Assembly (NCBI GenBank): GCA_035221665.1
Contig: CM069149.1
Span: 9,796,001-9,860,000 of the forward strand
Reading direction: 5' to 3'
From: Okamejei kenojei
Lineage: Eukaryota
DNA length: 64,000 nt
The position numbers and the translations under genes were made by a program. The notes beneath the pieces were generated by a model that saw nothing but the letters and a program-made list of their open reading frames with translations, searched no databases and was not told where the DNA came from. Position 1 is the first letter of the stretch, and every line of letters begins with the position of its first letter. Positions 25,914 to 39,489 of this stretch are shown piece by piece.

Positions 25914-26673
25914 TAGATCACCTTGAATCAAACTGCTGTGACACAGTTACACAGCAATCACTTTGTAATGTCCTGTAATCACTCCAAAGCAGATTTATAA
26001 GCACCAACAAATCAGCATTTAGCTCAGCAATGAATCTGTGTCAGTGTTCAAAGTATGTCTTGGGGCACACTGAATAACTCGAGTGAGAGCAAAATCTTTC
26101 CTCTCTCTATTCATTGCTGTTTTAAACAAGTCTGTTGCATAGGATAGGAATGAGACAGCTCTCAAACAAATATTTATTCCAAAATTGATGCTCCCATTAA
26201 TGGTGTGGCCACTAATTGGTATGTGTGATGTACCACTCAACCGGAAACTATTTCATTACAACTACCTGCCCACTTCATACCAAAACACCTGGCAAAGAAT
26301 ATCATTCTACCCACACAAAAATTTGGCTTTTCAGCAACGTTCCTGGAAGTTTTGTGGCTTTAGCTACTCAAGACATTTCAGAAGTACCTGTTACTGCAAG
26401 TTGCTACTTGCAAATCATCACAGTAGCACAAAGGAACGCCCAATGACCTTTGCCTGGATATACCTACCACACACCCAAAATGGCAAGTTGGTCACAAGAA
26501 AAGTAATTCTCAATTAAAGTCAGATATGGTTACATCTTCCATAGCAATTAATAAGAATTTTCTCAGTTCAGAGTTTAACAGTTATTTTGTGAATAATCGG
26601 TGTGGAGTGTTTGGAACAATTATAATATAATCATAACACTACAGGAGAAGCTAACACATGTGCAGACAACTAT

Positions 26674-26876
26674 AGGTAGGAAGGAACTGCAGTTGCTGGT
26701 TTAAACTAAAGATAGACTAAATGCTGGAATAACTCAGCGGGACAGGCAGCATCTCTGGAGAGAAGGAAAGGGTCAAGACGTCTGAAGAAAGATCTCTACC
26801 CGAAACGTCACCCATTCCTTGACTCCAGAGATACTGCCTGTCCCGCTGAGTTACGTCAGCATTTTGTGTCTATCAT
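26674..26876. mobile_element. Penelope-derived fold-back element, 11-bp TSD (putative transduction source)
   Basis: TSD cagacaactat at 26663-26673 / 26877-26887. Confidence 0.85.
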
Positions 26877-27259
26877 CAGACAACTATCGGGTTATATTAG
26901 GGTTTCCCAGTAGTCTGGCAAATAAGGATTTCCATCAACTGTAAAGATATTCAAGGATAGGAGATGAGGAAAGATAATTCAGGATGACAGTATTATTTCT
27001 GGGAGCTGAATGAATTTTACTATTTCCCCTGTTGGCCATCGAGTCCATGGAACGAATCACAAACTGTAATCTCTGATATTTTATCCAATTGCCTATTCTT
27101 CATTTTGGAAGCTATGTGCATTGGTGCTTTATTCAATCACATGCCAGATATCCCCCCCGAGGCTTGTATACACCTCTGTACATAAAAGAGGATTACAGAC
27201 AGAAGTGGGACTTTTGGCCAATTTTCCCTTTGCCTAACTGAGTCGGACGTTAAAATTCC

Positions 27260-27480
27260 TGACAATGTCGGGTTCCCGCCCCACTCTAGTACTTGAACAC
27301 ATCACCTCAAGCACAGGCTGCATTGTCACAGATTTCATCTTTCAGTTTTGTACATTAAACCAAAACTATGCTCACCCATTTACTAGGTAACAAAAGATCC
27401 CACCTCCTGAAGAGCAAGGGAGCTCGCACTATGTCCTGGCCAATATGTACCCCAAAGCCAACACCATTCGCCTCATTGCT
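27260..27480 (+). mobile_element. Ancient Deu-domain SINE relic (SacSINE1/AmnSINE1-like)
   Basis: gctgcattgtc...tctttcag...cattaaacc...aaaagatccca...gaagagcaaggga...tgtcctggccaatat. Confidence 0.65.
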
Positions 27481-27754
27481 TTATTCAATTAGTCCAAGTT
27501 TGTTCCTAAAACAATAGCGATGCACTCAAACAATTATTGTCGGTAATCTATCTATTTATCACATTCTAAGCTGATAAATAGACATTTTGCTTTCCATTTA
27601 CTGAAATGCAAAACACAATTTCTTTCAAAAGATCTGTTCCCCGTTGGTCAAACCTGATGTGAATTTGAAAACTGGTCTCCTTAATTTGCAGCCGATAGGA
27701 GGAGATTCTCCATTTGTCATTTATATTTTGGAGTATGTTTTGACCACAAGAGGA

Positions 27755-27845
27755 TACAAAGTGCTGGAATAAATCAGCAGGTCAGGCAGCGTCTCCGGAG
27801 AACATGGACTTGTGACGTTTCGGGTCAGGACCTTTCTTTAGACCG
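27755..27845 (-). mobile_element. Penelope-derived short element
   Basis: tgctggaataaatcagcaggtcaggcagcgtctccggaga...gtgacgtttcgggtcaggacctttctttagac. Confidence 0.75.
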
Positions 27846-28753
27846 CAAGAGCTCACACAAGAATTTATGCAACCCCAAATGTTTCAGACTAAAAATGTTC
27901 TATCCATACATGTTAAAATGTTTTTACAGCCTTGTCCAATTTGTGTCATATTCTGTCCGAACCCGACATTTATAAGCAAGCAGTCACAGAGGGGGATTCT
28001 GCCCATTCCGATGTACATCTGGAATATTGCTTTTGATCAGCATTTTAATAGTCATATAGACAAATATGCTATCCATTGCAATGTCATATAACTAATGTTT
28101 ATGTACAAAATACATTTTTTTAAACCTTGACTAGATGGCAGCAATAAAAGACAATTGAAAAGATTGCCAGAAAAATGGAGGTCAGCTTTTATCCACTGTT
28201 CTGTAAAAATGCTGTGTTTCATTAATTAAAACAATGCAGATTTATCAGCCAGACTGGGAGCCATAATATCCCTTTACAAGTCCAAACACTACATGCTTTT
28301 TCCCATCACAGTTAATGTTCCCAAATAATGGAAATACAATTTCAGTACATTAGGCTTAACAGTATATTAGTAGCTGGGTAAATGAAGTGAACCATGACAC
28401 AACAATAATGGACAGTTCTCCAGTATTACAAGTAAGGACATTATACTCTGTCAACAAAACCTGACGTGGTCAAACCACAATGAACAGCCAAAGACAAAAA
28501 GTATTTTGAACTTAAAAGTTACCACAAAAGCTGGTGTCAAGGTGAATAAATGTGATTGCATTCATTCCATTACAAGGTTCTTCCTTTCTTCATTCCCCAT
28601 CATGCTGATATAGTTGAACTTCTTCCCCATCTACCTAATCATGCTTTAAGAATTACAATTACATGCTACTTTTTAAAAAAGCTGATTGAATGACAAATGC
28701 CCGATTAATACAATTTTCTAAAACAAAATGGAGTAATGCTCTGGTCAACAGTA

Positions 28754-29060
28754 AGGGCCTGTCTCACTATACAAGTTTACCCAAGAGCTCTCCCTGTTTA
28801 AAAAAAAAAATCAAAGTCGTGGCAGGTACGTAGAATGTACGTAGCGGGTACGTCGGAGCTAGTGACGTCTCTTAGCGGCTCGTAACTCTAACGGCAGGTA
28901 CTCGGGAAACGCGGTAACTCGTGAAGTTTTTTCAACATGTTGAAAAATGTCCACGAGAGCCCCGAGTACCTACGAGCGGCTATTACCGTAATTCTCCGAG
29001 TTCAAATCAGGGGAAACTCGGGAGAACTCTTGAATTACCTCGTACAGTGGGACAGGCCCT
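28754..29060. mobile_element. Harbinger-type MITE with hybrid arms
   Basis: AGGGCCTGTCTCACT...AGTGGGACAGGCCCT|taa. Interior resembles the 13024 copy. Confidence 0.85.
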
Positions 29061-29724
29061 TAATAGACAAGCTTCATTTAGTGAAGGAAACTAAATGGCT
29101 GGTACATTAATATTAAAGCAGATCCATCAAATTTTGTTAGCAGATGCTGATCAATTTGAGACGGCATAATTTAAATGTAAAATGAATGTAATAGTACCAT
29201 ATTGTGCATTATTGAAGGAATAAAAAGACCAAGTCTACAATGTTCAAAAGAACCAAAACTTGTTAGCACTAGCTACACAAGTCAGCATAAACAGAAATGG
29301 TCACATCACTGGATGTATGGTTATTTGCAGGAATATTTATTGGACTATTTTCACTTGTTAAATGACAAAGGGCAAACCAAACTGGACTCGGGTCTTGCAT
29401 TTGCAATATACAGATAAACTTGGAAAGACTAGAAAAGGTCAAAAAGTAGAAACTCAGAAAAATAACCTGCATTAATTTCTTCAAAAGCAAGTGACTGGCA
29501 AATTTGCATTTATTGACAATTTTTAGTTATCCTCAGTAGGTATTGATGGGTGTTTAAGAGGGAATTAATTTCCATAATGCGATGGTGAATAAGAAAGATA
29601 AAATGAACAAGGGTGACAGAATCGTACCAATGCAACTTGATCGAATCTCAAATAAACCTCCATAAAACATACACTTCAGCAAATGCCTTAATTCTTCAAT
29701 TTCATCCTGTAAGTATTAGATTAG

Positions 29725-29850
29725 TACGGGTGTCAGTGGTTATGGGGAGAAGATAGAAGAATGGGGTTAGGAGGGAGAGATAGATCAGCCACGATTGAAT
29801 GGCAGAGTAGACTTGATGGCCGAATGGCCTAATTCTGCCCCTATGATTTA
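29725..29850 (+). mobile_element. CR1 3' tail
   Basis: tagatcagccacgattgaatggcagagtagacttgatggccgaatggcctaattctgc. Confidence 0.75.
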
Positions 29851-30004
29851 TGACCTTACACCAAGACTGTTCCATTATTGACAACGAGTACAAGTTGCTG
29901 TTGTTCCCCGTCTTACACAAAGCTAGCGCAAAGCTCTTTACACGTTGATTGCTTTTGAGAATGGGAATGACGTATAATCTTATTTATGCAGTTAGAAATG
30001 GATT

Positions 30005-30133
30005 ATTTAAGAATGAACTGCAGATGCTGGAAAATCGAAGGTAGACAAAAATGCTGGAGAAACTCAGTGGGTGAGGCAGCATCTATGGAGTGAAGGAAAT
30101 AGGCAACTTTTCGGGTCAAAACCCTTCTTCAGG
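30005..30133 (-). mobile_element. Penelope-derived short element, second subfamily
   Basis: gaaggtagacaaaaatgctggagaaactcagtgggtgaggcagcatctatggag...tttcgggtcaaaacccttcttcag. Confidence 0.8.
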
Positions 30134-30236
30134 AGTTGAAAAAAAAGATTTGCTTCCAATTGGGTTGGTGTCAGAACTAATATTTCCCTTGCTAGATATT
30201 AATAAGCTAGAAATGGGAAGACAATACCACCTCAGA

Positions 30237-30393
30237 TAGACAGAAAATGCTGGAGTAACTCAGTGAGACAGGTAGCACCTCTGACCCGAAACATCACCCA
30301 TTCCTTCTCTCCAGAGATGCTGTCTCTCCTGCTGTTACTCCAGCGTTTTGTGTCTATCTTTGGTTTAAATCATCAGCTGCAGTTCCTTCCTAC
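30237..30393. mobile_element. Penelope-derived fold-back element with imperfect ~16-bp TSD
   Basis: acaataccacctcaga (30221-30236) / acagtacaacctcaga (30394-30409). Confidence 0.78.
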
Positions 30394-30689
30394 ACAGTAC
30401 AACCTCAGAATTTGAGATAACTCAAAACCAGCAATATAGTAATGAAGATTTAAACAAGTAAGAGAAAATTCTGTGGACGCATGCCTGATGCAATTCAAAC
30501 AGATGGAGTGTGACAAGAATGTACTTTGCGAGAATCAACATGAAAAGGCAGTATAATCTAAATAGCATTATTTTGATGGGACGGTGCAGTGTGGCATGAA
30601 AATCACAAGGACAGATATCTGGAAAAGGGTAGATAAATTGATAACACTTAAAAGCATAAGATAAATTTGGCTTAGTAATTATGGACAAT

Positions 30690-31240
30690 GAACACTCAAA
30701 TGAGTCATTCTACGTGTTTGCAAATCATTAAGGTTTAGCTGGATTAGTAGGTTGTTATGGCTAGGTATTACACTTGAGAAGGCATATCTAAGACTAGAGG
30801 GAGTACAGATGAGGCTTGTCCACCACCCCCTCACCCCCAAGTAGCAGTGAGGTTACTCAGTGAGATGAATCAGATCGGTTGGGCCAGTTCTCTCTAAAAC
30901 AGGGGAGATTGAATAAAAATGCTCAAAACCATCTGGGGGTTTTGACTGAGCAAGCATGGAGAAAATGTTTTTTCTGGCAAATGGATCAGTAATTTGAGAT
31001 CATGAATTTAAAAATAGCAAAAGTAGAGGGGAGATAAAAATAAATCATTTCCCCCCCACAAAGGATTCTGAATCTGAAATGTACTAATTTAAAAGTGGTA
31101 GAACCAGATTCCACAGAAACTTTCAAAAATTGGGCAAAAACCTGAAAATGAGCCACTTAGTGTTATGAAACTAAATCTAAAAACGTTTTCAAAAGAACAG
31201 ATCAAGCTGAATGGCCTTCTGTGTGAAAATCTCTCTAATG
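30690..31240 (+). mobile_element. CR1 fragment, old
   Basis: ctagagggagtacagatgagg...aggggagattgaata...gctgaatggccttct. Confidence 0.55.
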
Positions 31241-31459
31241 CTAGGAAAGAATGGGATGTGGCCTAATCAAAGGCTGAATTGGTGTTCAAGCTGGGAGCCA
31301 GTTCAAGAGGAGATTTATTGCTCTTCCCTGTACACTGGGGGTTTTAAAAATGAAAACTACACGTTTGTGCTGGGTGGTGTTTATTCAAAGAACACAAGCC
31401 TCCAGATCCCGTCGTCTCATTTTTGCCCAATGCAAGCAAGATATCATGATACAGGTGCT

Positions 31460-31641
31460 AAGCTGTGCGGTTACACTACAGAGGACTCCAAGAGGTACAG
31501 GTTTGTAGGTTAGTTGGCTTGGTAAATGTTAAAATTGTCCCTAGTTGGTGTAGGATAATGTTAATGTGTGGGGATCACTGGCCGGCGCGGACCCGGTGGG
31601 TCGAAGGGCCTCTTTCCGCGCTGTATCTCTAAACTAAACTA
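31460..31641 (+). mobile_element. HE1-like V-SINE, 3' portion
   Basis: caggtttgtaggttagttggc...gaagggcctctttccgcgctgtatctctaaactaaact. Confidence 0.75.
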
Positions 31642-34600
31642 TTAACGCCCAAGTAAAGGTGAAATATGTTATGAACTCAGTTTTGCAGTAGATCAGTTTT
31701 GTCCATGAAATTAGCCCTCGTTGAGCTTGTGAAGTGAACACCTGAACTAATTTCTCCTCCAAAATGCACCCATACTAATCAAGGGAGCATTTCAGAAGTT
31801 GCAATATACATTTTGCTGCATTAGATAAAATTTAAAACACTATATTTCAATTCATCATACTGGGAAAAATCTGGTTAAATCTATTAATGCTTGAAGATCC
31901 AATAATAATAACTTCTACTTTTCACTATTTTATCACAGTACCATGTTGTCCATTCATTACTCAGCTAACAGCCTGATGCAAAAAAACCATTTTGCATGAG
32001 GCTGTTAGGAGCACTTAACTAGGGGCACTTGTTCAGGATTTTCCATTGGTGTGCTCATCAAAGTGCTTAGGACAGAACATTTCCTTATTCTTTAGTATCT
32101 GTAGTTCGTATGAATCATTTCTAGGTCAAATGTAACTGCACAGTATAGCTCTTTACCCCAACCAAGAATTGCTGTAACACCCAACCACAAAAGGGACACC
32201 TTTCACTGTAGCTATGTCTTTTTCCATTAATCACACCCATGAGTGTACATACTTCACTGTGCTTTACTTTGAATTTATATAGATTGAAATGTTATGACCA
32301 AATTCTTCCATACATACTTAAATACTTGGCACAAGAATGACTGGAGATTTATAGTAACCTTTTTTGTTAAAGATCTCAGTTTTGTACTCCAAAGGACCTA
32401 GTAAGGCCTCAACATTCATGTTCCTAAAGGTTTATTTCAGGCACTGGAAATGACTAAAGTTACTATCTGAATCAGAAGCAAACATTTGATTGGTGGCGGT
32501 TATAAGAGTGGAAACATGTCAGAACAATCTAGCTCCCACAGACTAAAGGGAAGGATCTTATAATTTATTGGAAACAGTGTCACTTAACAACTGTACTAAC
32601 TCTTTCCAAGCCACCAAATAACTTGCATTTATAAAAGTAGCTCTATCAAACAACGCAAAATGTTAATGCATGATAGCAATATTCACTTCTTTTTAGCCAA
32701 ATGTAGCATTGCTCTCACAGCAGTGAGATCTTTTTTAGAGTCATACGTAAAGGAGGAAAGTTGGACACAGGCAAGCAACAGTAAACACACAGATATATGC
32801 TTTGGAGATCATGTAAAGCAGTGTCTGAAATTCCTCTGGAGATCTCAGTCAGATTTGCAGCTGAAACATATTAATGTACGTAAAGGGATATGCACATCCC
32901 AGGCAATGTCCTGTCAGCCAACAGCAGAACCTGGATTAGTACTTGTACAACTCTTCCTCTCCTGATGCAGGCGGCTCTTACTGCTCACAAAAAGCAACTA
33001 AGAAAAAATGGTCAGCACTTTAATGCCTAAACCAGAGGTAATAAGTCCAAAGACTTTCTCAAGCAAGGATCTTAAAAGCAGGATCCGTTGCTATCGGTCT
33101 TCCATTAAGCTTGGAAACTCTTCCACAGTGTGCTATATTCAAAAATGACCAGGCCTCCCGCAGCTGGTGCCTAACTTACCGAAATGGAACAAACTTGCAA
33201 TCTGACCCAATAGCTAAGCTGTTTTTCTGTTTATTGAAAGATTTTTCCAAACAGGAGGCCAATTATTTTGCAATTGGATCTATGAGAATTCTGAGAAATA
33301 TTTCACAGTTAATACTACCAAAGGTAACCAATTAAAAAACATCTCGGGTAGGGTTGCGAGTTCCTTGGGTTTACGTTCAACTGTGGGACAAAGAGCTGCC
33401 GTGACTTTGATCAGCAAAAAGGAGACATCAGACTGGTCGATACACCCTTTTCATCGGCTGGTACATCACAGGGGCTAAATTTCACCCGAGACATCTCACT
33501 TAGGAATTGACACCTTAATGTTGACTACGATGTTTGTGAAACCTCCAGTTGGGAGTGAACATACGCTTCAAACCCTGAGGCGCGACAGCCAGCACTGAGC
33601 CACAACTGAAATGGCTAACATATTTTTATTGAATTTATTTAACATTCAATTTCCAACATTATGATCATTCCATTGCACCAAGAATTCATTCCATCAGCAG
33701 TTTTAAGCCAAAGATACTTTTCGTCATCTTTAACAACGTTGTCATTATTCACTTACACTATATGGCCTTTCACTAAGTATTCATTAGCTTCAGAAATTTG
33801 TCACCCATGACATATACTAAACTATTGAACTTTAGAATGCAGTCAAAAAATGACACCCTTTTATTTCAATTCTGACTGCAAATCCAGTGTAATACTTTAT
33901 TCCGTTAACTCGGCAGTGGCTAAATTGGATAACCCCAATACAAAACAGCATATAGATCAGAGCACATATTTAACTAGGTCCATCATTTCTACTGCAGCCC
34001 ACAAACCAACTCTGTGCCTCTTACCAATTTACATTGATAGTTGAATGCAACCCACACTAACCCCAGTAGTTAATGACTGCTCACGTCAGCAAGGGTCCAA
34101 AGGCAGGGATGACTATTACTACCACTCAATGCACCTGCAACAGCCTCTTCAAAACTGTAATACAACCTTGGACAGCAGACACCACAATTTCCCAATACTG
34201 ACAATGGAGACTCCAGTAAACATGGTGGAACAGAGTAAGAGATGCAATCTGTGCACTGAGAGGCAGGATGCCCAGCAGACAATTTCTGGGGGCAGTGGAA
34301 GAAGGTATGCAAGGTGGTCAATGCATTTGTCAGGATTCAATGCAATGAGTGCAGTACCTGAAAATAAATTCACCCACCTCATTTGCATGGGAGTGGTCAG
34401 TGAAGACAACTTTGACTGCCATATGCCACCAAAAACAGAAATATACTGGAAGTCCTCAGCAGGTTAGGCAGAGAATAAAGCAGAGTTAACATTTCATGTC
34501 AGGGATGTTTGGTCAGAACTGGGAGAGAGAAAATAATGTTTTAGGTTGCACAGAAGGTGGGTAACGGGATGGATCGGACAAAGGATGAAGCCAAGGTTGC

Positions 34601-35985
34601 TGTGAGAATTGATTCATAGAGCAGGTCAAGGGTGACAAAAGTTGCAACACATTCCATTTCTTTACTACCCCCAATAGCTCCATTAACAAGCTACCTCCAA
34701 AGCAACCAAGACCTGAACGCATCACATATATTCTGTCCTATCTATCCCTCCCCAAATTTCTCCGAAACCCAAAATACTTCTTCTCTTTCCAGCATTCCTA
34801 TCAGTCTGAAGAGTCCCAACCTGAAACGTCACCTTTCCATGTTCTCCAGAGACGCTGCCCGACCTGTGACACTGTTCAATGCAGCTCATACACATTATTC
34901 TCACAAACTCTCTCTAAAGCTCAGAATTGATATCCAACATTCCTGTGCTCCACCGTACCAACACAAAACCAAGTCTGCTTCAAGCCACACTCCCACATCT
35001 CCTAGCTTCCACGTGGTGCCATCTGTAAAACATATCAAGCGAATGATCCAAATACATTACACCATATGAACAGACACACCTCCTTCTTTTGTAGAACAAA
35101 CCAACTGTATAGCAGCTGTAAATAAATGGGAAAGCCAGCTGAATATTTGAGTTGGTGGCAGGTTTAGCTGAATAAAGTCAAGGCAGGGTGTCAGCTGAAA
35201 AGCTAAGTTCATAAAACATTATAACAATTAATTAGCAGCCTGACTCGGGTATTGGTACCATCTGCATACTTTTGATGAGTATTAGAAGTGCTCGTACTAA
35301 CAGCCTCAACTGTAGTGAACAGCCCAGTACATGGTTCTAATGCATGTGGATGAAATGAATGCTATTTTGAAACAAATTTGGCCCCATCGTGCTCAACAAC
35401 CAACTTGCACTGCTAATCAAGTTTTGCATCAAACAAACTCACAACAATTGCTGAAAACAGATACAGTCTCAATTAGATTAACATCGAAATTTCTTAAGAC
35501 TTCCACATGTGAATTCACTATTAAATTAATTTGAATAGCAAATGCCATTCTCCGTAAACATGAGAAAATGTGACTCATTTTGTAAGTTAATGCTCGAATA
35601 CATTGGTAACGAAAACCGATTTGTTATTTTATGCGCCACATCACAACGTTTTTGTTAAAGCAAGAACATACTTCCAAACACAGCATCTCAGCTTATCCTG
35701 TGTTGCCTCCACTTGACTTGTTTGCCAATGGTCAACTCCATGCCCACGTAGGGAAAGTGAAAGCATCCTGCAGATCGAGGTCAAGCCTTATGCATCAGAG
35801 AAAACAAGCTGATCAAAACTTAACCAAATGGATAGGACAAGTTTTTGAAAATGGACCAAACGCAGGCAGGCGAGAATAGTGTAGCTAGGACATGTTGGCA
35901 AGTTGGGCCGAAGGGCCTGTTTCCACATTGTATCACTCTGTGACTCTAAATACAGTTTAGATTAACTGAGCATACTGTGTTTCAA

Positions 35986-36198
35986 TCGAAGGTTGACACA
36001 AAATGCTGGAGTAACTCGGGGGGGACAGGCAGCATCTCTGGAGAGAAGCAATGGGTGATTTTTCAGTGTCTGAAGAAGGGTCTTGACTCGAAACATCACC
36101 CATTCCTTCTCTCCAGAGATGCTGTCTGTCCCCCCGAGTTACTCCAGCATTTGGTGTCTACCTTCGATTTAAACCAGCATCTGCAGTTCTTTCCTACA
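35986..36198. mobile_element. Penelope-derived fold-back element, 15-bp TSD
   Basis: catactgtgtttcaa (35971-35985) / catactgcgtttcaa (36199-36213); internal ctgaagaagggtcttgactcgaaacatc. Confidence 0.85.
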
Positions 36199-36697
36199 CA
36201 TACTGCGTTTCAAGTTGAGTTAAAACAATTTGAAAGCAGTTGAACTGCTAAATTATGTCAGCAACACTGCTGTGGGCCAGTATAATAAAAATAAATTATA
36301 GGTCTATATTAACAGTTCACAGGAGGGTTGGGGAAAGTTAAACCATCAGTGTGAATGGGGAGCTGGAAATGTAAGTTCAAAGATCAATCCTGAAACAGTG
36401 AAACGGCTGTTGTATTTTGCCCCATGACTGCAAACTAAGCAATTTGATTTCACTTCAATTATATTTCTTCAACAGAAGTGTTGAAATCACCTGTCCAGAC
36501 ACTAAATTCATTGGCACGCCCAATAAAATGTCCAACCAGTAGACAGGGTTTTGCCAATTGAAAATGTCCTGCTAAGGGTGCGGCTATCTCTGCATTAGTT
36601 TAGCCCATGCACCAACTTCAGAAAGAATTGCCTTTCATATCCTGTACAATATCAGTAAATAATGTTTACAAGAGCCCATTTACTTCAATAAGAAGGG

Positions 36698-38213
36698 TTT
36701 TGGTTTCACCATGTAGAAATTACAGCTGTGTTTATACATTGTTCCCCCCCCCCCCCCCCCCATTTCAGGGCACCATCATGGTTGGGACATGGCTTTACAG
36801 GTGTTTGTAATTTCTCGGGTGTGTTTAAATGCATCATATATGCAGGTACAAGAGAGCTCTCAGCACCTAGCCTTTCCTCCAATCTTTCCATCACCTTTGG
36901 ACGCTTTTATTGCTGTTTATCAACGAGGACCAAAGTTGTGCCAATGAAAGTCAAAGAAGCCATTATGAGACTGAGAAACAAGAATAAAACTGTTAGAGAC
37001 ATCAGCCAAACCTTAGGCTTGCCAAAATCAACTGTTTGGAACATCATTAAGAAGAAAGAGAGCACTGGTGAGCTTACTAATCGTAAAGGGACTGGCAGGC
37101 CAAGGAAGACCTCCACAGCTGATGACAGAAGAATTCTCTCTGTCATAAAGAAAAATCCCCAAACACCTGTCTGATAGATCAGAAACACGCTTCAGGAGTC
37201 CGGTGTGGATTTGTCAATGACCACTGTCTGCAGAAGACTTCATGAACGGAAATACAGAGGCTACACTGCAAGATGCAAACCACTGGTTAGCTGCAAAAAT
37301 AGATGGCCAGGTTACAGTTTGCCAAGAAGTACTTAAAAGAGTAATCACAGTTCTGGAAAAAAGGTCTTGTGGACAGATGAGACAAAGATTAACATACCAG
37401 AGTGATGGCAAGAGCAAAGGATAGAGACGAGAAGGAACTTCCCAAGATCGAAAGCATACCACCTCATCTGTGAAACACGGTGGTGGGGGTGTTATGGCCT
37501 GGGCATGTATGGCTGCTGAAGGAACTGGCTCACTTATCTTCATTGATGATACAACTGCTGATGGTAGTAGCATAATGAATTCTGATGTGTGTAGACACAT
37601 CCTATCTGCTCAAGTTCAAACAAATGCCTCAAAACTCAATGCCGGTGGTTCATTCTTTAGCAAGACAATGATCCCAAACATACTGCTAAAGCAACAAAGG
37701 AGTTTTTCAAAGTTAAAAAATGGTCCATTCTTGAGGGGTCAAGTGAATTGCCCGATCTGAACCCAATTGAGCATGCCTTTTATATGCTGAAGAACAAACT
37801 GAAGGGTACTAGCCTCCAAAACAAGCATAAGCGAAAGATGGCTGCAATACAGGCCTGGCAGAGCATTACCAGAGAAGACACCCAGCAACTGGTGATGTCC
37901 ATGAATTACAGACTTCAAGCAGTCATTGCATGCAAAGGATATGCAACAAAATACTAAACATGACTACTTTCATTTACATTACATTGCTGTATCCCAAACA
38001 TTATGGTGCCCTGAAATGGCAGGACTATGTTTCAACACTGCTATCATTTCTACATGGTGAAACCAAAATGCATAAAAATGGCCTTTATTAAAATCTGACA
38101 ATGTGCACTTTAACCACATGTGATTTTTTTTCTATTACAAATCTCAAATTGTGGAATACAGAGGCAAATAAATAAATGATGGGTCTTTGTCCCAAACAAT
38201 ATGGAGGGCACTG
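36698..38213 (+). mobile_element. Tc1/mariner (IR/DR type) with inactivated transposase; outer part of left TIR missing
   Basis: Transposase remnants ~36925-37957: paired-like HTH (VRDISQTLGLPKSTVWNII), GRPRK, VKHGGGGVMAWACM, PDLNPIEH. Start lost, with stops and frameshifts. Right TIR ~37990-38213 has two tcccaaaca.tatgg DRs and ends gggcactg. Confidence 0.93.
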
Positions 38214-39489
38214 TGCATTACACTCCTTGATGATTTCATCAAATGAAAATGAATTATACACTCAGGAATTCAATGGCTGTATCCCCATTTAGCTAGGAGG
38301 TTAATTGCTGGGATTTTAAAATAGTTTCTAGGATAGCTTTCTGCTTTATCTTTGGAATTATAATATTGGTATTGGACGTCAATGTTTTAAAATTCTCTTA
38401 CTTTAGATTTTTAAATTGGTTTATGAAGTTACACTAAAGGGCCGTAGTACTCTGATTTTTGATTCTGGTTCTTTGTAAAGCACAAGTTTAAAATAATTTC
38501 TTAAATGTACGTAGCTCTTCCTTCAGTGGAACATTTGCTTAGTCTTCAGCCACAATGTTGCATTTGTAACCAGAGGTCATGGTAACAAAGTTATGTAATT
38601 GTGTTTGTTAAACTCCCAACAAACATTTAACACCTCTTGCCTCATTGAAGGATGGATGTTCCAACATATTCCATAATTACAAATGAGCGAGACTCACATC
38701 CAGTAATAGAAAAAAAATCAAACCAACCAATTTAGGGGGAAAATTCACAACTTCAATATCAATTATAAATACATTGCCTGAATCTAATTGTCTGCTATAT
38801 ATTACATTAAGTGCTGGGGGGAGCAGTTTAGAAGTTGATAAAGTATATGATCTATATTCACATTTATGAGAACTGTCAGCATGACTGATACATACCGCTG
38901 GTGGGCTTAACAAATGCAAGAAGGATGCTTCAAAGACTAGAATAAGCAATCATTACAATGTCCCAAAACATTATTTTCTCTCAACAGTCACATAATTATT
39001 TCTACTTCGAAACACCCACAGCAACAGTAAAACTTTACACCACTTGCTCAGCTGTTAAACATACAGAGTGTGTTAACAAGAAAAATACACTGTGCAATAA
39101 ATTTATTTATTTATTGTGGCTCCTGATTTTTCACCTTTACCCCATTCTTTCCTGAACCAGAAACTACTGACAGTATTCAGTTCCACTAGTCTTTTATCCA
39201 AATGGCAATTGTGCATGAACCCGAAAATTGACTGCAACATTTGCAGAACTCAATTGCCAGCTTCGCCACTGGCAGTTAATCTCCCAAACTGTGGCTCAGT
39301 ATATCAACCCTCAGTCCAATTAACGACCCAAACTCACTGTAAAGTTACCCAAAGTATCTGGGGAGCTACTCAATGATTGAGGGAGAAACAAAATTAATGT
39401 TACAAGATGAAAGCCTTTCATCAGAGCAAAAAATGTTGGAAATCAAACTTTCCAGTTGCAATGTGTAGATGTATTGAAAGCATTGGGCC

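Noticed and set aside
36925-37957. Tc1 transposase as a functional or domesticated gene
   Set aside because: Start codon lost, in-frame stop at ~37172 and several frameshifts.
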